Below, piece after piece: positions 7,569 through 14,695 of a stretch of 14,695 nt of DNA. The notes below the pieces were generated by a model. That model worked only from the letters and a program-made list of their open reading frames with translations. It had not been told where the DNA came from and ran no database searches. How positions within the stretch are numbered: the stretch's first letter is position 1; each line of letters starts with the position of its first letter. This DNA comes from an uncultured archaeon (lineage in GTDB: Archaea; Asgardarchaeota; Hermodarchaeia; Hermodarchaeales; Hermodarchaeaceae), in the NCBI GenBank assembly GCA_964347045.1, contig CAYFXC010000032.1:1-14695 (forward strand), in the 5' to 3' direction. Both the position numbers and the translations under genes were made by a program.

Positions 7569-9310
7569 CTAAGATGCGTAAATCCACAAGAACAAACAAA
7601 CTCATTCTCGGTGCGTGTTTAGGGAATTGTGTCCACGTTGCCGGGACGTTAAATTTCTTGCAACTGGCAAAAGCCAAAGGATATCAAACGAAGTTTCTAG
7701 GTCCGGCAACCCCTATCTCTACGATTCTCGATGAAGTAGAGCAAACGGATGCACCAATTATCGGGTTAAGCTACCGACTTACACCCACAGTGGCATATCG
7801 GTTGACACTGAAACTCAAAAAAGAAGTACACAAACGTAATCTTACAAATCGCATCTGGCTTTTTGGCGGAACAACCCCTGTTACCGAGAAGGTACGCAAA
7901 GTGGGGTTCTTCGACTATTATTTTGATGGGAATTCAACCGAGGAAGATGTACTATTGTTTTTAGCCGCTGACTGTAACCCGCAACAGTTAGCGGAAAAGG
8001 CTCAATGCATGGGTCCTGTAACTTATGCCACGACGTTATTGGCACGGATGGCTGAACGAAAGCCTTGGCCAGTGATCCGACATCATTTTGGTCTTCCAAA
8101 TTTGGAAGAAACGATTCAAGGAATTGCAAAGATTGCCGACGCTAAATGTTTGGATATCCTCTCTATTGGTCCCGATCAAAATGCTCAACAGTTCTTCTTC
8201 CACCCAGACAAAATGAAAGACACCGTTGAAGGTGCCGGTGGTGTCCCAATTCGCACAAAAAAGGATCTTCAAGCCATGTTTGATGCCTCACAGCGTGGTA
8301 ACTATCCGCTTCTCCGATGCTACAGTGGCACTCAAGATCTTCTGAAATGGGCCAAGCTTCTCCATATGACCATCCATAACGCGTGGACTGCAACACCCAT
8401 TAACTGGTATAGTGTTCTCGATGGACGGGGCACACGCTCCTTAACAGAAGCCATCCAAGAAAATATGGACAATATTGCCTGGCATGGCAAACAGGGCATC
8501 CCTGTTGAAGTCAATGAACCACACCATTGGAGTCTACGGCAGGCGCATGATACCATTGCAGTGGCATCCGCATTCTGGTCAGCGTTCATTAGTAAGTCAA
8601 AGGGTGTACGGCATTACATTGCGCAATTAATGATGAACACTCCTCTCGGCACATCGCCTGCTATGGATTTGGCGAAGATGTGGGCTAAACTCGTCTTAGT
8701 CGAGTCATTACAAGATAATTCCTTCCAGGTTATTCGGCAAGTACGGGCTGGACTTTTCAGCTTTCCTGTGGACCTCGATGCGGCCAAGGGTCAATTGGCA
8801 GCCTCGGCATATACCTCGATGATGTTACAACCAGCAATTGTTCATGTTGTAGGGTTCAGTGAAGCCGATCATGCGGCAACCGCTGATGATGTAATCACAA
8901 GCTGCAAGATTGTCCGGCAAGTGATCAAAGAATGTAGAAGCGGCATTCCAAATCCTTGGCTGGATTCACAGATAATTGCACGAAAAGAACAACTCGTCAG
9001 CGAAGCGAGCCTTCTTTTAAGGGTGTTAAACGAGCTTCCTGAAGATAAAACTCCTCATCCGCTCTTGAACCCCACAACCTACGAACTTGCCATAAAGCAA
9101 GGAATTCTAGATGCCCCAGGTTTGAAAGGTAACCCCATTGCACGTGGACGACTGCACACTCAGATGATTGAGGGAGCCTGCTGTGCCGTTGATGAAAATG
9201 GTGAAATTCTCTCCGAGTTCACCCGTCTTGAGGAACTCGTTCCCAAGAAACTAGCGGCTTCAGAGGAACGAGAAAAACAACATGAAAAGTTAGTGCACCA
9301 AATTGCTTAA
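7565..9310 (+). CDS. Cobalamin-binding domain protein fused to a probable TIM-barrel domain (putative B12-dependent mutase-like enzyme)
   Basis: N-terminal base-off/His-on signature variant GNCVHVAG..GLSYRL..LFGG, followed by a ~420-aa catalytic-size domain. It overlaps the upstream gene by ATGA and has a GGAGGT SD. Confidence 0.8.
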   Translation: MTKMRKSTRTNKLILGACLGNCVHVAGTLNFLQLAKAKGYQTKFLGPATPISTILDEVEQTDAPIIGLSYRLTPTVAYRLTLKLKKEVHKRNLTNRIWLFGGTTPVTEKVRKVGFFDYYFDGNSTEEDVLLFLAADCNPQQLAEKAQCMGPVTYATTLLARMAERKPWPVIRHHFGLPNLEETIQGIAKIADAKCLDILSIGPDQNAQQFFFHPDKMKDTVEGAGGVPIRTKKDLQAMFDASQRGNYPLLRCYSGTQDLLKWAKLLHMTIHNAWTATPINWYSVLDGRGTRSLTEAIQENMDNIAWHGKQGIPVEVNEPHHWSLRQAHDTIAVASAFWSAFISKSKGVRHYIAQLMMNTPLGTSPAMDLAKMWAKLVLVESLQDNSFQVIRQVRAGLFSFPVDLDAAKGQLAASAYTSMMLQPAIVHVVGFSEADHAATADDVITSCKIVRQVIKECRSGIPNPWLDSQIIARKEQLVSEASLLLRVLNELPEDKTPHPLLNPTTYELAIKQGILDAPGLKGNPIARGRLHTQMIEGACCAVDENGEILSEFTRLEELVPKKLAASEEREKQHEKLVHQIA

Positions 9311-9483
9311 AGAATCAGGATCAGGAACTGAACAACATTGTCAATGTGCCCTTCCACAGCTGAACAAGGATGATATTTTTGTCGCGTGACTACCTCCCCA
9401 ATTTCGAATGACAATTGGTCAACAAGCCAATTGGTATCAATCTTGTTTTGAAAATTCAAATGAATAATGTGCGATTCAATTCT

Positions 9484-9595
9484 ATTTGGTAAACCTAATC
9501 ATCTTTCATGTCATTTTGAAGAATAGCACATATGTCTTCGAAAGTAGGAAAAAACGCCAATAACACATCAAAAAATAGTCTACTACCATTCAAAA
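9484..9595 (+). repeat. Inter-module repeat copy R5 (between convergent genes)
   Basis: ATTTGGTAAACC-TAATCAT-CTTTCATGTCAT (9484-9514, left arm degenerate), TTTGAAGAA, then GTCTTCGAAAGTAGGAAAAAACGCCAATAACACATCAAAAAATAGTCTAC (9534-9583). Confidence 0.9.
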
Positions 9596-9676
9596 GAATA
9601 CACACAAACCGAATTTACAGATAGAAGAAGAAAGGACTGGTATCCGGATTCCTGACGCCTGTCGAAAGACGGTGGT

Positions 9677-12472
9677 CTAATCCTTGCGTAGTCTCTTTGC
9701 TACGAGCTTCCTTATCTCCTCAAGGAGGATAACCAGGGATCCGAACAGGGCCACTCCTACCCATTCATACCAAGCAAGCGGTACAAGTCTGAAGATTGCG
9801 GCTAGCGCGGGGACCACAAAGAGGATTCCAACCAGTATGATGTCGATGAGATAGACGACGAGGATGTACCGATTCCGAAGGATTCCCATCTCTCGGATTG
9901 ATTTGGTGGGAGATCTGCAATTCTGGACACTGAACCACTGAACCACGATTAGAGTAACGAACATCATTGTCCTGATTTTGTCCTCTGGCAGGCCAAGATA
10001 CTGGTAGTAGATGATGATAACTAAGGATGCCATGATGCCACCATAGAAGAGCGCTCTGCTGAGGGTTCCCCAAGAGAGAATTCGATCCTTAAGGGAGCCT
10101 GGTCCTTCATCCAAGAGACCCTCCTCTTTAGGCTCGAGAGAGAGAGCAATGTCTAGCATGCCATCGGTAACGAGATTGATCCAAAGAATTTGAATCGGAA
10201 GCAGAAGAACAGGATTCACGAATAGCCAGAGCACTGCAAGGATAGTGAAGCTCTCGGCTAGATTCGTCGATGTCAGAAAGAGAACAACACGCCGAAGCGA
10301 GGTCAGGATGTTTCTGCCCTCTTCAATGCCATCGACTACCGCCTCAAAGCGCTCGTCCTGCAGCACGATATCGGAGGCCTCCTTGGCGATGTCAGTCCCT
10401 GTGACGCCCATGGCTATGCCAATGTTTGCTTGTCTTAGGGCTGGGCTGTCATTCACGCCATCGCCTGTCATACTGACGAGCTTGTCGAGGCTCTGCAGTG
10501 CTTTCACAACCCTGAGCTTGTGGATTGGGTTCGTTCTGGAGAGAACTGTGGCACCATGAGTCATTGCATCCTGAAGCTGCTGGTCATCCATAGCATCTAA
10601 CTCATCACCAGTAAGTGTCAGATCTCCCCTCTGCTCAACAAAGATGCCTACTTCCTGCCCAATTGCCTTAGCTGTAAAGGCATTGTCACCAGTTATCATG
10701 ATGACATCAATGCCTGCACTATTTGCTTTCTTGATGTAGTCACGGACTCCTTCCCTTGGCGGGTCGTTGATTCCACAGAGCCCAACGAATGTCATATCTC
10801 TGAGGTCCTCGTTGGTAATCTGGGTCTTATCAGAGGGCACAGTCCTGACTGCGCATGCTAGCATTCTGAGTCCTTGTGAAGCGAACTCCGTCACGATATC
10901 CTCTGTGTTGGACGGGTTCGAAAGGAACTGCTCTATGACCTCTGGGGCTCCCTTGACTATGACCAGATTTCCATCGCCTTCTGAACCCACAAGTCTGCTA
11001 GGCTGATGATGCGTTGCCATGAATTTCCTCTCACTGTTGAAGGGAATCTCAGAAATACGTGGCAAGGCCTCATCGAGCACATACTTGTGAAGACCGACCT
11101 TTTCCAGCGCCACCAGCAGAGCTGCTTCGGTAGGTGAACCGCGTATCCTCCATGCTCGATCAGCTCCGGTGCAGATTCGCGTTAGATCGTCTTCTGTAAG
11201 GCACTCCGAATAGACTTCTGAGTCGTTACAGAGAGCCATCATCGTCAGAAACCTTTCGAGGTCCGGGTACTCCTTGAGCTGATCCCCCTCGATAGGCTCT
11301 TCTGAAGACGCTTGGCTCACATCGAGGTCGGGCGACCGCAGGCATCCTTCTGGGCCGCAGCCTGCAAGGAAGATTCCTCCGCTTTCGACATCAAATCCTG
11401 AGCCACTTAATTCGAACATATTGTTCGGAGTAAATATTCTGCGGGTCATCATTTCGTTCTTCGTAAGGGTTCCGGTCTTATCCGAGCAAATGACATTAAC
11501 TAGGCCTAGTGTTTCTACAACACCCAAGTTTCTCACAATGACATTCTTCTGTGATAGCTTGTAAACTCCAACAGAGAGCACTATGGTGACAATGGTGATG
11601 AGACCCTCAGGAATCGCAGACACAAGTGCAGATAGTGAGAACAAAAAGAGCTCCACAATGGGTATGTTCCGGTAGAGCCCCAAGGATACAGTGAGCACCA
11701 AGAAGAGCATTGCTGCAGCAAGAAAGAAGATGCTCAGTCGCTTTAATCGAATCATAATGGTTGTTTCTTTTTTAACGACGCCCGCGAGCTCCTTGTTGAT
11801 TTCGCCCAAGGTGGTGTTATCACCAGTAGCCTGCACCAGAATACGGGCGCGGCCTTCTGTGACATACGAGCCAGCAAAGACCTTGTTGGACTCCTCATAG
11901 TAGCGTGGGTTCTCAACCGCACAGAACACCTCTTTCTTGATTGGCACGCTCTCTCCAGTTAGGAGACTCTCATCGACATGCAGGTTGCTCTCGAATAACA
12001 CCCTTCCGTCTGCAGTGACCTTCTCTCCAGCTCTGAGAAGGAGCAGATCCCCAGGAACCAGCTCCGCGGAGGGGATTTCAGTCTCCTCTCCATCGCGAAT
12101 GACAAGGGACCTCTGTTCTATTAGCTTCTTGATTGACTCGATGGTTCTTTCTGCCTTCCACTCTTGGACGAAGCCTATGATCGCATTGATCAAGAGAATG
12201 ATTGCGATAACCGCGGCGTCTATTGCATGATCTACTAGAACAGAGACAACAGCTGCAAAAATGAGAACATACACCAGAGGCGACTTGAACTGACGGAGGA
12301 AGAGCGAAACAGGACTCTGCCTCTCCTTCATTGTGAGTTCGTTACGTCCGTATTCCAAGAGCCTCTTTTTCACCTCTTCCGGTTTCAGCCCTTCAGGGTC
12401 TGTACCGAGGCTTACTAGACATTCCGAATAATCGAGGAACTCTTCTGGTGGAGATTCTTTGCTCGTGGCCAT
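9677..12472 (-). CDS. Cation-transporting P-type ATPase, type II (Ca2+-ATPase-like)
   Basis: Motifs LTGES, IPEGL, CSDKTGTLT (phosphorylation site), KGAPE, DPPR, MITGD, TGDGVNDSPAL, ILWINLVTDG. The start is ATG 12472 or the adjacent GTG 12475. A TATA-like ATATATAG lies about 30 bp upstream. Confidence 0.96.
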   Translation of the reverse strand: MATSKESPPEEFLDYSECLVSLGTDPEGLKPEEVKKRLLEYGRNELTMKERQSPVSLFLRQFKSPLVYVLIFAAVVSVLVDHAIDAAVIAIILLINAIIGFVQEWKAERTIESIKKLIEQRSLVIRDGEETEIPSAELVPGDLLLLRAGEKVTADGRVLFESNLHVDESLLTGESVPIKKEVFCAVENPRYYEESNKVFAGSYVTEGRARILVQATGDNTTLGEINKELAGVVKKETTIMIRLKRLSIFFLAAAMLFLVLTVSLGLYRNIPIVELFLFSLSALVSAIPEGLITIVTIVLSVGVYKLSQKNVIVRNLGVVETLGLVNVICSDKTGTLTKNEMMTRRIFTPNNMFELSGSGFDVESGGIFLAGCGPEGCLRSPDLDVSQASSEEPIEGDQLKEYPDLERFLTMMALCNDSEVYSECLTEDDLTRICTGADRAWRIRGSPTEAALLVALEKVGLHKYVLDEALPRISEIPFNSERKFMATHHQPSRLVGSEGDGNLVIVKGAPEVIEQFLSNPSNTEDIVTEFASQGLRMLACAVRTVPSDKTQITNEDLRDMTFVGLCGINDPPREGVRDYIKKANSAGIDVIMITGDNAFTAKAIGQEVGIFVEQRGDLTLTGDELDAMDDQQLQDAMTHGATVLSRTNPIHKLRVVKALQSLDKLVSMTGDGVNDSPALRQANIGIAMGVTGTDIAKEASDIVLQDERFEAVVDGIEEGRNILTSLRRVVLFLTSTNLAESFTILAVLWLFVNPVLLLPIQILWINLVTDGMLDIALSLEPKEEGLLDEGPGSLKDRILSWGTLSRALFYGGIMASLVIIIYYQYLGLPEDKIRTMMFVTLIVVQWFSVQNCRSPTKSIREMGILRNRYILVVYLIDIILVGILFVVPALAAIFRLVPLAWYEWVGVALFGSLVILLEEIRKLVAKRLRKD

Positions 12473-12537
12473 CACCGGTCCGATTGTCTAGACTTGAGGT
12501 CCCTATATATGCTTCATGCTGGGTGATGATTTGCCCA

Positions 12538-12643
12538 ATGATGTGACACAAATCCTCTCCAAAACTATCAAGAATTGTATATTTGTCTTCGAAATTTGGA
12601 AGAAAGGCGAATAACACCCTGGAAAGGCTTCTTCGCAATAAAA
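12538..12643 (+). repeat. Inter-module repeat copy R6 (right arm of core degenerate)
   Basis: ATGATGTGACAC-AAATCCT-CT.., CAAGAA, GTCTTCGAAA (12585-12594), GGAAGAAAGGCGAATAACAC, GCAATAAAA. Confidence 0.8.
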
Positions 12644-12649
12644 GAGGAG

Positions 12650-12719
12650 CGAAGGAAGCGATGCGCCTTCCTTCGGTGACGTGACGCTGAAGAAAGAAGA
12701 GAGGGTCGCCGAGACCCTC
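12650..12719 (-). terminator. Two GC-rich hairpins downstream of the 279-aa gene; probable terminator region
   Basis: GAGGGTC-gccga-GACCCTC (12701-12719) is followed on the minus strand by TCTTCTTTCTT. A second stem CGAAGGAAG..CTTCCTTCG spans 12650-12675. Confidence 0.5.
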
Positions 12720-12723
12720 ATCT

Positions 12724-13563
12724 CTATTGTGCCGTTCTTCTTCGCCTCAGGAACACGATTACTACCACAATGACCACTACAGCAACAACGACTCCAATGA
12801 CAATCGGTATCCAAAGTGGGATTCCGCACTGTATGGGTAGAACCTCATCGTCTACTACAATGTTATCAATCGAGTGCCAAGCTTGAGATCGCATACAAAA
12901 CGTCTCAGATGTGTCGATGACTGTGTTCACTGCCTGCATGATTAGACAACCGTTATGGTATACTGAGATTAAACCATCTGTAGTCCTAGTCACATCGATG
13001 TGATGCCAACCTGTAAGAGGTACAGGGAATGTATAATTAGCGAGTACTGTCCCTTCACCATAATTGAACCATCCAAGAGATATAGCGAGATCATAGTCTA
13101 GTCCCCATCTAACAGGAAAAATTCGAATACCGTAGTTATATCCATCGTCCGAATCATTCATATCGTGTGGATCGTTGCTCATGAATGCGATTTGAACAAA
13201 ACCAATAATGCTTGCCAAAGAGTCAATAAAAGGCTCGGTCAAATTAAGGTTGAAATCAAAACTCCAAGTCCCATAGGCTACATCACTAGAACGTCTTATT
13301 GTACCCCACCGGCCGATTGATGGGAGCATTTGTACATAATCATTGGCAGCCGACCAATTTGAACCTCTGAACCCCCATTCAGGGTTTTCCATCCATCCTG
13401 TTGCAGTGTTGTTAACGCTGGTCCATTCAGGTTCAAAGGTACCATCATCAAAGTTGTCAGTCCAAATCACTGCGCCTCGACATGTTTGGGGAGCCAAGCC
13501 CATCCAACCGAGGAGCAACACGATTCCGAGGCCCACTAGCTTGTACTTCAATCTCTCGACCAT
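12724..13563 (-). CDS. Secreted, C-terminally anchored protein with a probable concanavalin A/LamG-like beta-sandwich
   Basis: Signal peptide, WTDNFDDG, GWHHIDVTRTTDGLISVYHNG, IDNIVV, and a C-terminal TM followed by RRRR. SD GGAGGTG lies upstream. Confidence 0.8.
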   Translation of the reverse strand: MVERLKYKLVGLGIVLLLGWMGLAPQTCRGAVIWTDNFDDGTFEPEWTSVNNTATGWMENPEWGFRGSNWSAANDYVQMLPSIGRWGTIRRSSDVAYGTWSFDFNLNLTEPFIDSLASIIGFVQIAFMSNDPHDMNDSDDGYNYGIRIFPVRWGLDYDLAISLGWFNYGEGTVLANYTFPVPLTGWHHIDVTRTTDGLISVYHNGCLIMQAVNTVIDTSETFCMRSQAWHSIDNIVVDDEVLPIQCGIPLWIPIVIGVVVAVVVIVVVIVFLRRRRTAQ

Positions 13564-13731
13564 AGTGAATACACCTCCAATGTTCGGTCCTTTCAGGACC
13601 TAACGGTAATTTCGAAACCAGATCGATCTTACCCTCCAATTCGACGCTGAAATCATATCAGCGAGAATTCAAAACCGCCCTGTTCAACTCACATTATATA
13701 AATTAACCGGTTTTCGGCAACTCTATTAATC

Positions 13732-13803
13732 ATAACGTGGCAATCAAGCCACCCTCTCGTGACCAACGAGAATCATCTCCGCATCTACGTCTTCGAAAGA
13801 CGT
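13732..13803 (+). repeat. Highly degenerate repeat copy R7
   Basis: ATAACGTGG (13732), AATCATCT (13771-13778) and GTCTTCGAAAG (13789-13799). The spacing differs from the consensus. GTCTTCGAAAG is part of the hairpin ACGTCTT-CGA-AAGACGT. Confidence 0.4.
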
Positions 13804-13817
13804 TCTAACGTGGAATT

Positions 13818-14684
13818 TTAGCTTTGTATGTCCAATTGCAGATTCCTTTGGCGAATACTGTTGAGCTTTAATAGCGTTCCAAGAAACAACACCAACGATA
13901 CTATCAGAATTGATGTCCAAAATATGAAGTTGAAATCAACTCCTGTAATAAAAATTGGTAGTTCACTGAATGTTCCTAGGAGATTCGACCACCAATATGA
14001 GAACAAAAATACATCCATCCCGGTGTGGGCGATCATGGCTGGAATTAGTGAGCCGGTAAGAAAGGCAAGATACCCTAAGAAGACACTAAGAATTAGACCA
14101 TGGATAAAAATGGGGGGTAACCATGATTGATTGAGGTGGATGAGGATGAATGTAACTGATACAATGGCAATTGCTACATTGGCAGTGTAACGCTTCTCAA
14201 GTGGCACCTGACCGTATCCTCGAAACCCAATTTCCTCACAAATTCCTGCCACTACTGCGGCCATGAAGATTCCCAACCAAGCCACCCAAAGCGACATCCC
14301 CTCGAAATTATAGATCGTGAATAATTCAGCCGGAAATGGGAGGAGCCGAAACGTTACTACAAGCATTGATTGTGAAATGACCACGAAGAGAATTATGGCC
14401 ACAATGCTCCATAACCACACAGCCGATGGTAGTTGAACCGATCGAAAATAAGTGCGTCGAGCCTCTTTAGTTGCTTCATGGCCCCTGCGACCACTAAAAA
14501 ATAGCACATACCCAATTAGTATGGCACCCATAATGACAATTGCCCAGGGTAGTGGTGTCAAGATCATTAGTAGTGACCAGGATAAAGTTCCAATCATTGT
14601 AACCGACAGCATAAGCAGTATGGCTTGAATGATTGTGGGTAATCTGTTCCAAAACATTGCGATTCTATTTTTCATTGTGTTCAT
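13818..14684 (-). CDS. CPBP (CAAX protease / Abi family) intramembrane glutamic endopeptidase
   Basis: Multi-TM protein with EEIGFRG (EExxxR), FILIH (FxxxH) and AHTGMD (HxxxB) motifs. Confidence 0.92.
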   Translation of the reverse strand: MNTMKNRIAMFWNRLPTIIQAILLMLSVTMIGTLSWSLLMILTPLPWAIVIMGAILIGYVLFFSGRRGHEATKEARRTYFRSVQLPSAVWLWSIVAIILFVVISQSMLVVTFRLLPFPAELFTIYNFEGMSLWVAWLGIFMAAVVAGICEEIGFRGYGQVPLEKRYTANVAIAIVSVTFILIHLNQSWLPPIFIHGLILSVFLGYLAFLTGSLIPAMIAHTGMDVFLFSYWWSNLLGTFSELPIFITGVDFNFIFWTSILIVSLVLFLGTLLKLNSIRQRNLQLDIQS

Positions 14685-14695
14685 CTCCCCATAAG

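Noticed and set aside
9308-9440. Minus-strand GGAGGT followed by a short open stretch, plus a CAATTGGT doublet (9412, 9428)
   Set aside because: There is no proper start codon (ACG) and only about 26 codons. It may be an eroded gene start but cannot be supported.
9659-9672. Small CTGTC-GAAA-GACGG hairpin past the ATPase stop
   Set aside because: A 5-bp stem is too short to distinguish from chance, and at most it is a terminator element.
772-13803. The repeats as a CRISPR array
   Set aside because: The spacing is 0.5-4 kb and contains whole genes, the repeats are degenerate, and no cas genes are present.
2677-14130. Short alternative-frame and antisense ORFs in the track (e.g. 2677-3057, 4179-4400, 6701-6997, 10245-10559, 12393-12638, 12503-12829, 13828-14130)
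   Set aside because: They overlap well-supported genes, the IS end or the repeats, and they lack recognisable motifs, so they are treated as shadow ORFs.

Overview
This looks like an archaeal accessory region. The evidence is GGTGA/GGAGGT ribosome-binding sites, TATA-box promoters, and secreted proteins with C-terminal TM-RRR anchors. An Asgard-type host is my inference, not a search result. The window holds ten intact or edge-truncated CDSs: an alpha/beta esterase, a GNAT-like hypothetical, a WNxTYGG-repeat surface protein, an LLM/F420-type oxidoreductase, an ArsR-type regulator, an opine dehydrogenase, a cobalamin-binding putative mutase, a P-type ATPase, a membrane-anchored lectin-like protein and a CPBP protease. 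It also holds an internally deleted IS200/IS605 (tnpB) remnant. The main unexplained structure is a degenerate non-coding element of about 110 bp. Its core is ATGAYGTGAA-nn-AAATCAT-ct-TTCAYGTCAT, followed by TTGTAAGAA..GTCTTCGAA..ATAACWC..AAATA. It is repeated in the same orientation at every boundary between functionally unrelated gene modules (six clear copies and two partial ones), whatever the orientation of the flanking genes. The pattern suggests an integron-like tandem gene-cassette array built on a non-attC recombination site. No recombinase gene lies in the window.
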